64,000 bases of DNA from an uncultured Chitinophagaceae bacterium (lineage in GTDB: Bacteria > Bacteroidota > Bacteroidia > Chitinophagales > Chitinophagaceae), in NCBI GenBank assembly GCA_963846405.1, contig CAWJVU010000010.1, positions 342,824 through 406,823 of the forward strand. The letters are read 5' to 3'. Both the position numbers and the translations under genes were made by a program. The notes below the pieces were generated by a model. The model did no database searches. It was not told where the DNA came from and saw nothing but the letters and a program-made list of their open reading frames with translations. Shown here piece after piece: positions 29,389-42,232 of the stretch. The stretch's first letter is position 1. Each line of letters opens with the position of its first letter.

Positions 29389-29436
29389 GCGATGGTCGGT
29401 TTTATGACGAGTAAGGCGGCCAAATCATTGGATGAC

Positions 29437-29522
29437 GCCAAAAGAGTGCCGGGTTTATAAAGTCTTGAAGACCATTCCTCTGTCAAGGCCTGCGAGAGAG
29501 AATGATGTTCGGTTTCGATACA
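29437..29522 (-). promoter_or_regulatory. Putative sigma-54 promoter plus upstream activator site
   Basis: GG-CACTCTTTTG-GC (GG-N10-GC) at 29450-29437; TGTTCGGTTTCGATACA at 29506-29522. Confidence 0.55.
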
Positions 29523-29629
29523 GTAATCGTGCAGGAATGGGCATGGCCAGGGTATGCGGGGAATTTGTAAAATCCGTGTTCTCTTGTTGTCCCTTTACAG
29601 ATAATATCTCATCAGGTTGGGGAGGAGTG

Positions 29630-29701
29630 TAGTCCCGACAGGAATCGAACCTGTATCAAAAGTTTAGGAAACTTCTATTCTATCCATTGAACTACGGGAC
29701 C
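29630..29701 (-). tRNA. tRNA-Arg(CCU)
   Basis: Acceptor GGUCCCG/CGGGACU-A, anticodon arm GAAGU-UUCCUAA-ACUUU, T-arm ACAGG-UUCGAUU-CCUGU. Confidence 0.93.
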
Positions 29702-29797
29702 AAAATGTATCAAAGCCCGCAAAAATAGCACAATTTTTTCTTAGCAGGCGGGAATTCACCGGAATTCCTGATCTTCACCATCTTAAATTCAACAGCT

Positions 29798-30265
29798 ATG
29801 ATTCGAACGATGATGAGGTCAATAAAAGCATTCGCAATAATGATCGCAACGATAATGGCCTCCGCCAACCTCGCATCCGCGCAGGGCCCGCACTTCAGCC
29901 ATCAGACCATTTATGTCACCGACCTGGACCGCGCGTCGAACTTTTATGAAAAGGTACTGGAACTCAAACGGATATCCGAGCCATTCCACGACGGCAAACA
30001 CGTATGGTTCCGGGTCTCGGAGCACGGCCAACTCCATGTCGTCTCCGGCGCAAAAGAAGACATTCCCCACGACATCAATATCCACCTCGCATTCAGCGTC
30101 CCGTCGATGGAGGAATTTACAAAGCACCTCGACGCGATGAACGTCAAATACGGCAATTGGGCGCAAAACGATAAGACCCCCCAACTACGCCCCGACAAGG
30201 TCAAACAGATCTACCTCCAGGACCCCGACGGCTACTGGATCGAGATCAACGACGATAAATTTTAG
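29798..30265 (+). CDS. VOC/glyoxalase family protein
   Basis: HQTIYVTDL, HLAFSV, QDPDGYWIEIND. Confidence 0.88.
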   Translation: MIRTMMRSIKAFAIMIATIMASANLASAQGPHFSHQTIYVTDLDRASNFYEKVLELKRISEPFHDGKHVWFRVSEHGQLHVVSGAKEDIPHDINIHLAFSVPSMEEFTKHLDAMNVKYGNWAQNDKTPQLRPDKVKQIYLQDPDGYWIEINDDKF

Positions 30266-30310
30266 CCCGCCCGGCCCCGGCGGAAACCGATCGCGTATAT
30301 TTGCACTCCA

Positions 30311-30962
30311 ATGAAATTCTATAATGTTATAATCAAGTACCGGCTGCAGATTACGGCCGCACTGGTGATCCTCGGCGCGGTGACCAATTACTATGCCGGA
30401 TTCTGGCCGGCTTTCCCGCCGTATTTCGTGGCACTGTTGCTGCTGTTCGGATATTTCTTTTTTGGACCACTGCGGCTGATCCAGGAGCATATGGAATCCG
30501 GCGATATGGACGCAGCGGAAAAGGTCCTGAATTCGATCAAATTTCCCGGTCTGCTCTACAAACCCATCCGCTCCGTTTATTATACGCTGAAAGGGAATAT
30601 TGCGATGATGAAACAGGATTTTACGTCAGCGGAAAAGAACATGAAAAAAGGCCTCGATCTCGGGATGCCCATGAAAGAAGCCGAGGGCGCAAGCCTTTTG
30701 CAGATGGGGATGCTGTGCATGCAAAAGAACGATATCCGGCAGGCAGAAAGCTATATCCGGCAGGCAATCCGCAAAGGACTTCCGGACAAGGAGAACCAGG
30801 CGGCAGCGTTCCTGCAGCTTGTGTTCAATCATGATGACCAAGAGGGAGTTCAGGGCGGCGAAGGATTTCTTTCGAAGGGCGAAGGCATTGAAACCGACAA
30901 CCCCGCAGATCGTCAGCCAGATCAAAGAGATCGAGCGATATATTTCGAGGATTCCGGGGTGA
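30311..30962 (+). CDS. Membrane-anchored TPR protein (frameshift near 30820)
   Basis: Two TM helices, then helical repeats; the shifted frame ends ...ERYISRIPG* at 30960-30962. Confidence 0.7.
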
Positions 30963-31006
30963 GTCCGCATCCGGGGTGAGTCCGCAATTAGGTCCGCAGT
31001 CAATTT

Positions 31007-31401
31007 TCAATCGTCTTTGCCACTGCCGGAGGTCACCAGGTCAACCATCTGCCGCAAAGTCCGCAAGGAAAGATTGTTCTTTTCGAGAAAATCAAAACTG
31101 CCATACTGCATGAAAGATCTCTTTCGTATTCAAACCTTTCTGGCTGGAAAAAAGGATGACATAGACATTCGGGTCAAAGTCCCGCACCCGTTGGAGGGTA
31201 TCAAGACCATTCATCTGACCATCGAGATTATAGTCCAGGACGATGACGGACGGACGCTTGCCCAAATTCGAGATACAGGATTCTCCGTTGGTATAGAAAT
31301 GAAGGTTGCTGCTGAGCGTCTCGAGCTCCTTAGCGATAAGGCCTTGATAGATAATGTTATCTTCGACCACGAAAATAACGGGTTGGTTTGATTGGTTCCA
31401 T
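31007..31401 (-). CDS. Single-domain response regulator (frameshifted)
   Basis: FVVEDN, IVLDYNL, GLDTL, LFSSQ. Confidence 0.7.
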
Positions 31402-31576
31402 TTGTTGTCTGGTCTGGTGCAAGATAGAAACCCGGAAAATGGTGCCAGAAAAAAAACCGCTATATTCTGCTGATAATCAATAGATAATGGAAATCTATTG
31501 GTCTAATTCGCTCTCATTTTGGGAAAGATATGTTATTTATTGGGAATCAATTCGATGGCCGGGGGAGCCTCCCATA

Positions 31577-33957
31577 TCAATTCAATACTTCAGCCTGTAG
31601 TTGTCCGATACATTCCTTGATCACCCGGTCGATCTGGTCCACCAATCCGGGGACCTCGGCCAGGGACTCCATTTGTTTGGCGTTTGCTTCGACCGTGCGG
31701 ATCTCCTGCCGGATGGATTTGATCCCCATCGAGTCGATCGTCGATTTAAGTTTGTGCGCCGTCTTGCCGACCTGTTCCCAATTCTCTGCCTGTAAAGCGT
31801 TCTTGAGGTCCTGCATGTTCTGAGGTACGGTTTCGATAAAAAGCGCGACCATTTTTTTAATAAAGCCTTCATCACCACCCGATACGGATTGTACCATCGT
31901 CAGGTCGTATAAGTCTTTGATTGCCAGATGACATGTTGTTGATGGTTGTTTTTATGCGTGCTAACTGTGCTGATGTCATCGGATGAGGTTGTGGTCAATG
32001 GTGCAGCCGGCCCCCGGGCGGGTGTGGGCCTGGTCAGGTTCCTCGAAATCACTCTGAAAAGCCGCTCTTCATCAAAGGGTTTAGCCAGGTAATCCGTCAT
32101 TCCCGCGGCCAGGTATTTTTCGCTGTCGCCTTTCAGGGCATTCGCCGTGAGTGCAATAATAGGAATATTTGCTTTAACCGGATCGGCCAAACTGCGAATA
32201 TGATGAGTGGCTTCTATTCCATCCATCTCCGGCATCTGGACATCCATCAGAATACAATCGAACGCATCTTTCCCAAGCTGCTCGATGGCTTCCAGGCCAT
32301 TCCCGGCGATCACCACCTCAAAGTCCCAGGATTCCAGGATATGCCGGGCAAGGAACTGGTTGAGCTCCACATCTTCGGCCACAAGCACTTTCCGGGGCCC
32401 AAGGCTTTTGTAGTCGATCTCCTGTCTGACCTCGTTGTCCTTTCATTCCTCAATACTGATCTGATACGGGAGGCGGATGGTGAAGGTCGATCCCTTCCCT
32501 TCTTCACTACTCGACCAGCAGTTCGCCATTCTGCATTTCGATCATATTTTTGCAGATCGCCAGGCCGAGGCCGGTTCCGCCGTATTTCCGGGAGATCGTG
32601 GCGTCCGCCTGTTCGAACGGCTCAAAAATCGTGCTCAGCCGTTCTTTGACGATCCCGATGCCCGTGTCGCTGATCGGTGATCTCGACGATGGCCCTTTCT
32701 TCGTTATTGTTCCCTGATCCCGGTCGCGATGGTAATATGCCCGGTTTCGGTAAATTTCAGCGCGTTGCTCAGGATATTGTTCAATACCTGGCTCAGCCGG
32801 TAGGGATCGCCTTTCACGACCAGATCGGCAGGGATGAAATTCTGAAAGATCAGTCCCAGCTCTTTTTCCTCCGCCCGGTAGATAAAGGATTGGATGGTCG
32901 TCGCGATCTTGTCCACGATCTTGAAGGGGATCGTTTCGAGCTGCAATTTGCCCGCCACGATCTTCTCCAGGTCCAGGATATCGTTGACGATCACCAGCAG
33001 GTTGTTGGCCGACTCCTGGATAAGCTGCAGGTAGTTCCGTTGCTGGGCTTCCAGCTGGGTCTTGCTCAGCAGGCTGGCGATGCCCGAGGATGCCATTCAT
33101 CGGGGTCCGGATCTCATGGCTCATATGCGCCAGAAAGGACTCCTTCGCCCGGGCTATTTCGTCGGTGAGCTGTTTGGTGAACCGCAGCTCCTTTTCCATC
33201 TTGATCCGATCGGTGATATCCTGCGAAAAGCCGATCACATAGGGCTCCGCGCCCGGCTCTTCCCGCCGGTAGTTCTTATACAGGAGGTAGATCTCTTCGC
33301 CGGCCTTGCTAATGACGCAGAATTCGCCGCTGATCGCGCGTTCTCGAGTCGGATGGGTTTGATATATTCCTCTTCGAATCTGATGCCGGTGTTTTTCGGG
33401 GATGAATTCCGCGAGGTTGCGGCCGAGCATCTCCTGCTCTTCATAGCCCAGGACCTTGCAGGTGGCCGGATTGACGGTCAGGAGCTTGCCGTCCATATCG
33501 TGGGTGCAGATAAGCGCCTGGCTATGGTTGAACAGGTCACGATATCGCTTTTCGTGAACCCTTACCTTTTCTTCGAATTCCTTTGTCTCCGTGATCCGGA
33601 CCACATAGATGATGACCTTATCGAATTTGCCTTCCGTCATTGAAGACGGGGTAGATGCGATGGAGGAAGTGCTGGACGACGCCTTCGCTGTCCTGCGCCG
33701 ATTCCGCCCATTCCACCGCCTTACGGGTGCGGCGGGCCTTTTCGAATACCATCCGGCGGGCCCTTGACATCGCAGTCGGGCCGGCCGGTATAGGTGCAAA
33801 ATTCTTCATTGGTCTTCCCGATCATCCACTCCCGGACAGCGGAGTCCGGCACGGCCATCGGGTTCGCGTACAGAAAGCGGTATTCCGCATCCGCAACAAG
33901 GATCTCCGCAGGGACCTTGTCGAGAATTTCCTCAAAAAAGTTGCTTTCTAACGGCAT
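31577..33957 (-). CDS. PAS-domain hybrid histidine kinase with receiver and Hpt domains (many frameshifts; the Hpt may be a separate gene)
   Basis: SHEIRTPMNG, NILSNALKFT, GGTGLGL, LMDVQMP, Hpt motif AHKLKS. Confidence 0.8.
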
Positions 33958-33987
33958 GGCCTAGCGTAATTGGTGATTGGGTTCAGG

Positions 33988-35351
33988 TCATTTCATCTTG
34001 AGCTCGCCGTTCTGGATCATCCGGTAGAGCGTGGATTTACCGACATCCAGCTTCTTCGCGACGAGCAGAACATCTTTCTCATATTTGTCCAGGTAATGCT
34101 GCAGGATCTGTATCTCAAATTCTTTCAGGGTCATTTCCTTATTCAGCAGATCGGCGATGCTGGCCGAGGTGTTGAGCGTGATGTGCTCCGCCTGGATCAT
34201 TTCATCATCCGCCATGACGACGGCCAGTTCCACTACCGATTTCAGCTCGCGGACATTGCCCGGAAAAGGATATTGCAATAATTTTTGTTGCGCCTCGGGC
34301 GAGAGGGTTTTTTTCTCGATCTTATTTTCTCTTGCAGAAGGCATCGATAAAATGCTTGGACAGGATAAGGATATCGTTGCCGCGTTCGCGAAGCGGCGGC
34401 AGGGAGATCGGCAGGCCGATCAGCCGGTAATACAAGTCCTCGCGGAAGGTCTTGTTCTTTACTTCTTCGAGAAGGTTCTTATGCGTAGCGACGATGATCC
34501 GAACATCGATCTTGGTCACGACGTTGTGTCCGATCCGGGTGATCTCTCTTTCCTGAAGGACCCGGAGGAGTTTTGCCTGGAGGTTGATATCCAGCTCGCC
34601 GATCTCATCGAGGAAAAGGGTGCCTTTATCCGCTTCTTCGAATTTGCCGATCCGGCGGGTAACGGCGCCCGTGAAGGCGCCTTTCTCATGGCCGAAGAGC
34701 TCGCTTTCGATGAGGTCTTTGGGAATGGCCGCCACGTTGACGGCGACAAAGGGCAGTCTTATGCCGATCTGAGTTATAGTGTATCGCCTTGGCGATCATT
34801 TCCTTCCCGGAACCGGTTTCGCCGGTGACGGAGACGGTGATATTGGTTTTAGCAGCTTTTTCGATCAGCGAGAATACCTTTTCGATCTGTTCGGATTTCC
34901 CGAGGATCATCTGGGAGAAATCGTATTTCCGTCCCACCTGGGTCTTCAGCGTCTCGACCTCCTGTTTGAGGTTGCTGATCTCCCGTAGATGGAGGATACT
35001 GTTCCAAAGGCGGTCCTTGGTATCGTCATCCTTTACAATATAGTCGAACGCACCGTTCTTCAGCAGGTTGATCGCCGTAGCCACATCTTCCTGTCCGGAA
35101 ATGACGATTACCCGGATATCCGGGTTGTGTTCCTTGATCTTCTTGAGTACTTCGGCGCCATCACAATCGGGGAGGGAGTAGTCCAATGTTACAACATCTG
35201 GATTCTCATGCAGTTGGGCAAAAAAATCACGGGGGGATTCGAATCGTTTTACTTCGTATTCGGGGTTTAGGGACAGATAATGCTGCAGCATGGAACCATA
35301 CCAGACATCATCTTCAACAATAAAGACTTTAAAAGAGTGATGGTTTTTCAT
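33988..35351 (-). CDS. Sigma-54-dependent (NtrC-family) response regulator (frameshifted)
   Basis: Receiver domain, [34 protein letters not shown], Fis HTH. Confidence 0.9.
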
Positions 35352-35570
35352 ATATATGCGTAGATCATTGGATACGATTCATAACGCTGAATCGGCGAAT
35401 TTATTCCCATATTAAGACATTTTCCAATTCCTTTTCGCATTTTTCCATGTTAATCCGGACAGTCCTTGCGGCTTTTTCCGACCGTTCGACCCACCCCCAA
35501 CCCAGGACGCCCCCCGACCTTACCCGGGTACCAATTTTTTCCGACCGGGTCGCCTGCGTACCTTTGAAAC

Positions 35571-38500
35571 ATGTCGATCAATCGGGAAAAGCTCAGAGCA
35601 CCGCTTCCGGGAGGAATACCGGAAGCTGAACGAACAACAAAGGCTGGCGGTGGATAGCATCGACGGACCGGTTATGGTCATCGCCGGTCCCGGAACGGGC
35701 AAAACACAGATCCTCGCGGCGCGGATCGGCAAGATCCTTTTAGAGACCGATACAGCGCCGGGCAATATCCTTTGTCTGACCTATACCGATGCGGGTGCAA
35801 TTGCGATGCGCCGCCGCCTCCTTTCCTTTATCGGGCCGGATGCCTATAAGGTCCATATTCACACCTTCCATTCCTTTTGCAACGATATTATTCAGGAAAA
35901 CCTGCCACTTTTCGAAAAAACCGTGCTGGACCCCATTTCCGAACTCGAGCGCATTCAACTCTTCAAGGTCCTGATCGACGGATGGCCAAAGAATCATCCG
36001 CTCAAACGGTATAGAGGCGACGTTTATTACGAGATGAACAATATGCAGAGCCTTTTTTCCACAATGAAACGGGAGGGTTGGACGCCGGAGTTCATCAACC
36101 GAAAGGTCGACGAGTATCTTGAAGGGACTGCCGGAGAGAGACGATTTCATTGCCAAACGGGCCACCAGGGAATATAAGAAAGGGGATGTGCGGACGGATC
36201 AGATCGCGGAGGAAACGGAGCGGATGGATAAACTGCGGGCTGCGGTCGGCGGAGTTCCAGCCGTTCCAGGAACTGATGCGTCGGCGTAACCGGTACGATT
36301 TTGACGATATGATCAATTGGGTGATCCGGGCCTTTGAAGAAAACAAAGACTTACTGGCGACCTACCAGGAGCGCTATCAATATATACTCGTCGACGAATA
36401 CCAGGATACCAGCGGTACCCAGAACAGGCTGGTCAGTCTGCTGATCGGTTACTGGGATCAGCCGAATGTGTTCGTGGTGGGGGATGACGATCAAAGCATC
36501 TACCGATTCCAGGGCGCCAACGTCGAAAATATGCTGGAGTTCGCCACCGGCTACAAAAATGACCTGCTGACCGTCGTTCTGACCGACAATTACCGGTCTA
36601 CTCAACCGATCCTGGATATCTCGCGGACCCTGATCGAGCGGAACCAGGAACGCCTGGTCAGGCCAGATGCCCGGACTCTCCAAAAATCTTGTTTCGAGCC
36701 ATCCCCTGGTAAGCAGGTTTTCCGACCCGCCGCGCCTCCTGGAATACCTCAGCCCGCGGCAGGAAATGACGCATATTTCACTGCAGGTGGAACGGCTGCT
36801 GGCTGAAGGGGTGTCGCCGGGACGGATCGCCATCATCTATAAGGAGAATAAATATGGGGAAGAACTGGCCCGTTTCCTCCAATTGAAGAAGATACCTGTC
36901 TACAGTAAGCGAAGCGTAGACCTGCTCGGTATCCCCCTGGCCCAAAAGGTTCTCCTCCTCCTCCGTTACCTCGGTGCCGAGCATGACGCCCCCTATGGCG
37001 GCGACGAAATGTTGTTCGAGATCCTGCATTTCGATTTCTGGGGAATCCAGCCGATCGAAATAGCGCGGTTGTCCGTAGAGGTGGCGGACAGACAGTTCAG
37101 CGATCAGCGGACGTCGCTGCGCCGGCTCCTTTATGAGAAGGCGAACCGGCCGGCAAGGGACCTTTTCGACGCCGGGCTGCCCGCGACAGATGAAAAAGGC
37201 CAGCCGTATCCTGGAGAAACTGATCGGCGACGTCCCCAATGTTACGCTCCAGGGTCTGTTTGAGAACTGCATCCGGGAGACGGGCATCCTCGGTCAGATA
37301 CTGGGCGGTTCGGATAAGATCTGGCAGATGCAGGTGTTGACCGGCCTTTTCGAATTCATCCGGGAAGAATCGCGACGGAATCCCGATCTTGACCTTGAAC
37401 GGCTGATCCAGATGATCGATCTGATGAAGGACAATGGCCTGACGCTTCCGCTGATCCGGATCTCCGGCAGCGATAAGGCAGTCAATTTGTTGACGGCGCA
37501 CGGCTCGAAAGGGTTGGAATTCGAATATGTGTTTTTTGCAGGCTGCAATGCGGCGATCTGGGAGAAGAAACGGCGGCCCGGCGGCGGCTATAAATATCCG
37601 GATACACTGTTCGCCCGCGCCGGAGGAACCGCCTCCGCAAGTTCTTCAGCGGTCGACGAAGAAGAACTGCGACGACTTTTCTATGTCGCGCTGACGCGTG
37701 TCGAACGCCACCTCGCTATTTCCTGGTCGCGGTTCAGAGATGACGGGAAGGAGCTCGAACCATCCGTTTTCGTCGCGGAGATCCTGGATCAGCATACGCT
37801 GCCGATAGAAAAGGTCCTGATCCCGGAGGAGGAGCTGGCAGCTTTCGACGCGTTGCCGTTCAGCGAGATCGTCGCCCCCGAGATCCAGGCAGCGGAAGAG
37901 GATTTTGTTGGCCGGATGCTTTCGAAATTCGTGATGAACGTGACGGCACTGAACAACTATCTCAAATGTCCGCTGGAGTTCTATTATCGAAATCTTATCC
38001 GTATTCCTTCACCAAAGAACGAAGCAACTGAATTTGGAAGCGCGGTCCATTTTGCGCTGCAGCGCCTGTTCGAGAAAATGAAGGAGCACGCAGCGGAGGC
38101 ATTCCCGCCAAAAGAAGAGCTGTTGAATGATTTCAGATGGTATATGGGGCGGCACCGCGAGATTTTTACGCGCGAAGCGTTTGCCCGGAGGATGGAATAT
38201 GGACTGGAGGTGCTGGCCAATTATTATGACAAATACCTGGCGGCACTGGAACCGGATAGTAGCCGTTGAGCGGAATATCCGGAACGTCGTCGTTCGCGGC
38301 GTGCCCTTAAAAGGAAAACTCGACAAGCTGGAATTCCAGGGCAAAGAGGTCACTGTCGTGGACTATAAGACAGGAGATGTGGACAAAGCGCGCGAAAAGC
38401 TGGCGCCGCCCGGCGAGCGGAATCCGGATGGCGGTGATTATTGGCGGCAGGCAGTCTTCTATAAGATCCTGGTGGATGGCTATGAGCAAAAAGACTGGAA

Positions 38501-38750
38501 AGTGGCCGCCACGGAATTCGATTTTGTCGAGCCGGACCGGAAAAAGGAGTACCGAAAAGTAAAGATCTTGATCACCCCGGAGGATATTACGACCGTTACG
38601 CAGCAGATCGTTTCGGTATGGGAGAAGATCCAGAACCGCGAATTTTATACCGGTTGCGGGAAGCCGGATTGTCACTGGTGTAATTTTGTTAAAAATAACA
38701 ATCTGGCGGTTGCGCTCCATGAGACGGATTCGGTGGAGGAGGAGATTTAG
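35571..38750 (+). CDS. UvrD/REP family helicase with C-terminal PD-(D/E)XK nuclease domain (frameshifted)
   Basis: AGPGTGKT, LVDEYQD, VGDDDQSIY, TAHGSKGLEF, LFYVALTR, GKLDK..VDYKTG. Confidence 0.88.
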
Positions 38751-38762
38751 TATGTTTGCAGC

Positions 38763-40235
38763 ATGAAGCTCCGCGACGCGCTATTGCTTTTCTCTGTTTT
38801 GTTGCTCCTATTCGCCGGCGCCGCCATGCAAATGGGCTGCGCCAATATTATCCCTCCTACCGGTGGGCCGAAAGACACGCTTCCTCCCGTATTATTGACC
38901 GCTACACCCGTGGAGTTCAGCAAACACATCACCGGCAACAAGATCGTTTTCAAATTTGATGAATATATCGACGTCAAAGACATTCGCACGGAGCTTGTCG
39001 TGAACCCGGTCCCGAAAATCGAGCCGATCGCGGACGGCCATCTCCAAACGGTCACCATCAAACTGAAAGATACTCTGCAACCCAATACCACCTATACGCT
39101 GAATTTTTATAAGGGGATCAAAGACGTCAATGAAGGCAATATCCTGCGCAATTTCACCTATGTCTTCTCCACGGGCGATCATATCGACTCGGGTCAGTTC
39201 GCCGGAAATGTGGTGCTCGCCCTGACCGGCAAGCCGGATTCGAGCCTGGCGGTCATCCTGGAAAAAAAGCTGGATGATTCGGCGGTCTATAAAGAGCGGC
39301 CGCGCTATCTGACAAAGGTCGATACGAATGGCCGGTTTATCTTCGATCATATCGAGCAGGGGCGGTATGCCGTGTACGCGATAAAGGACGAAGGAGGGTC
39401 GCACAAATATCTTTCCAAATCGCAGCTTTTTGCATTTGCCGATGCGCCGGTGAATGTCCGGCTAAGTACCGCGCCGGTTACCCTGTATGCCTATCAGGAA
39501 CTGCCGGAGACCAAGTCTTCTTCGAGTAACACGAACGGTAGCGGCGGCACCGGCGGCACCGGCGGGAACAACAATTCGTCCAAACCGACCCGGAAGTCAA
39601 AGGATAAGGATAAACGGCTGGAGATGGAGACGAATGCCACAAATGGCGTCTTCGACATCCTCGACACGTTTCGGATCAGCTTCAAGACGGGGATAAAAAC
39701 GTTCGATTCCACGCTGATCCGGTTCACCGACGAAAATTTCAAGGATATTCCATTGAATAGGTACCGCTGGGTGCGGGATACCACCACCAAAAACTTCTAC
39801 CTGGCATATATTTTTCCCCTGGACACAAAGTTCAACCTCATCCTGGCAAAGGCTTTCGCGGCGGATTCGGCGGGCAGGATGCTGCTAAAGGATGATACCG
39901 TCGCATTCCGGACAAAGAAGGATATCGACTATGGAGAAATTCGGATTCGGGTGTTTAATCTCGAGCTGAGCAGGAAGCCGGTACTTCTTTTCTATGCCGG
40001 TGATGTGCTAAAGGCTTCAATCCCGTTTGGGGATAAGAAGGAGGTGCGTAAGATCCTCTTCAAGCCCGGCGATTATGAACTGCGGATCCTGTACGATACA
40101 AATGGGAATGGGAAATGGGATACAGGAGAATTTTTCAGAAAGCACCGCCAGCCGGAGAAGGTGATTACCGTCATGAAGAAGTTCACCGTGAAGGCGAATT
40201 GGGACAATGACCGGGATATTACCCTCGCGTTTTGA
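38763..40235 (+). CDS. Ig-like (Big_5) domain lipoprotein
   Basis: GCANIIPPTGGPKDTLPP, FDEYI, DTNGNGKWDTG..QPE. Confidence 0.8.
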   Translation: MKLRDALLLFSVLLLLFAGAAMQMGCANIIPPTGGPKDTLPPVLLTATPVEFSKHITGNKIVFKFDEYIDVKDIRTELVVNPVPKIEPIADGHLQTVTIKLKDTLQPNTTYTLNFYKGIKDVNEGNILRNFTYVFSTGDHIDSGQFAGNVVLALTGKPDSSLAVILEKKLDDSAVYKERPRYLTKVDTNGRFIFDHIEQGRYAVYAIKDEGGSHKYLSKSQLFAFADAPVNVRLSTAPVTLYAYQELPETKSSSSNTNGSGGTGGTGGNNNSSKPTRKSKDKDKRLEMETNATNGVFDILDTFRISFKTGIKTFDSTLIRFTDENFKDIPLNRYRWVRDTTTKNFYLAYIFPLDTKFNLILAKAFAADSAGRMLLKDDTVAFRTKKDIDYGEIRIRVFNLELSRKPVLLFYAGDVLKASIPFGDKKEVRKILFKPGDYELRILYDTNGNGKWDTGEFFRKHRQPEKVITVMKKFTVKANWDNDRDITLAF

Positions 40236-40280
40236 CCCCCTCCCCTTGGCCGTGTCGGGGTGTCATCGTAACTTTACCGA

Positions 40281-40901
40281 ATGCAATTTTCCTCCGCATT
40301 ACTGGAGAGCGCCGTCACCGAATTCGCCCGGCTCCCCGGCATCGGGAAAAAGACGGCCTTGCGGCTGGTGCTGCACCTGCTGCGAGCCGACCCGGCCAGC
40401 GTACAGGGGTTAAGCGAGGCGCTGATACGGATGAAGCAGGAGATAAAGTTCTGCCAGCGCTGTCACAACGTCGCCGATGGGGATATTTGCTCCATATGTT
40501 CCAATTCTTTTCGGAAGCAGGAACTGATTTGCGTCGTGGAGACCATTCGGGAGGTTATCGCGATCGAAAGTACACAACAATTCAATGGCACCTATCATGT
40601 GTTGGGCGGGATCATTTCGCCGCTGGACGGCGTGGGGCCCGACCAGTTGAATATCGAGACGTTGGTAAGCAGAGTCCGGAAAGAGCGGCCGCTGGAACTG
40701 ATCTTTGCGCTGAACCCGACGATACAGGGGGATACGACGATCTACTATATCCAGAAGAAATTGCAGGATATCTCGTTGAGGATCACCACAATTGCCCGGG
40801 GGATCGCATTTGGCGGGGAATTGGAATATGCCGATGAGATGACGCTGGCGCGGTCGATCACCAACCGGCAGCCGGTGGAGAGTTATCGCACCGGCGGTTA
40901 A
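40281..40901 (+). CDS. recR: Recombination mediator RecR
   Basis: LPGIGKKTALR, C4 zinc finger, Toprim CVVE, YADEMTL. Confidence 0.95.
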   Translation: MQFSSALLESAVTEFARLPGIGKKTALRLVLHLLRADPASVQGLSEALIRMKQEIKFCQRCHNVADGDICSICSNSFRKQELICVVETIREVIAIESTQQFNGTYHVLGGIISPLDGVGPDQLNIETLVSRVRKERPLELIFALNPTIQGDTTIYYIQKKLQDISLRITTIARGIAFGGELEYADEMTLARSITNRQPVESYRTGG

Positions 40902-41178
40902 GTTTTCGCGCGACCCTCCATCTCCAAAGTTCGCTTCCAACGCCCCCAAAATCCAAATTTTTTCGTATATTTGTGGCCCATTCAGGCGGATTTGTTTATT
41001 GTTCAGCCTGCGTGGCCGGAGCCAGCGCTTCGAAGTGGAAATCACTGAACTAATAAACGTCCGAAATAACTCCTTCCTTCCTGTCTTGTTATTTCCCTCG
41101 TTATCAACAGTTCAGAAAATTTTTCGGCGGAAAAAGCGTTTGACCTCCCGGATACAAATCTAAAGAAAGGAGGAATCT

Positions 41179-42205
41179 ATGGACATCAGCACAACCATTC
41201 GGAAAGCGCTAAAAGATCGCATCCTGGTCATTGACGGCGCCATGGGCACAATGATCCAGCGGCACAAGCTGGAGGAGAAGGACTATCGCGGCGCGCGATT
41301 TGCGAGATTGGGCTTCGGACCTGAAGGGAAATAATGACCTGCTCGTTCTCACCCAGCCGGAGATAATCGAAGGGATCCACCGCGAATACCTGGAAGCCGG
41401 AGCGGATATCATCGAGACCAATACGTTCAACGCCCAGCGGATCAGCATGGCGGACTACCATATGGAAGACGTCGCGTTCGAGATCAACGTAGCGGCGGCG
41501 AAGCTGGCCAGAAAGGCCGCCGATGATTACACCGCACGCAACCCCGCCAAGCCGCGTTTCGTGGCCGGCGCGATCGGTCCGATGAACAAAACCCTTTCGC
41601 TTTCACCCGACGTCAACAATCCGGGTTTCCGCTCGGTAACTTTCGATGAAGTCTCTTCCGCCTATTATGAGCAGGTAAAAGGGTTGGTGGAAGGCGGCGT
41701 CGATCTGTTGCTCATCGAAACGATCTTTGACACCCTGAACGCGAAAGCGGCGGTCTTTGCGATAAAAAAATACTTCCGCGATTCCGGTCTACCCGAACTC
41801 CCCATCATGATCAGCGGAACGATAACGGATGCCAGCGGCCGAACCCTCAGCGGCCAGACGCTGGAAGCCTTTTATGTTTCGGTGATGCATGCCCGCCCGC
41901 TGAGTATCGGGCTCAATTGTGCGCTGGGAGCTGCTGAAATGCGACCGCACATTGAAGAGCTGAGCCAGATTGCGGCCTGCTACACGTCAGCCTATCCAAA
42001 CGCCGGTCTTCCCAATGCCATGGGCGAATATGATGAACTCCCGGAACAAACCGCACATTTTATTGAAGAATGGGCGGAGAATGGATTTGTCAATATTGTC
42101 GGCGGCTGCTGCGGTACGACCCCGGATCATATCCGGCATATCGCCAACGAAGTGGCGAAGATAAAGCCAAGGCCATTACCAATCATCGAAAAGGAATTAG
42201 TCTAA
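41179..42205 (+). CDS. metH: Methionine synthase, homocysteine S-methyltransferase domain (N-terminal module of split MetH)
   Basis: [28 protein letters not shown]. Confidence 0.9.
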
Positions 42206-42232
42206 ACCACCAAACCCCCGTCTGTAAACAAG

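Noticed and set aside
21688-29701. Integrative element at tRNA-Arg
   Set aside because: No integrase, transposase or duplicated tRNA 3' end was seen.
41095-41160. SAM-I riboswitch (TTATCAACAG)
   Set aside because: It lacks the AUCAAGAG/GAGGGA/GCAACC core and a closing P1 partner.
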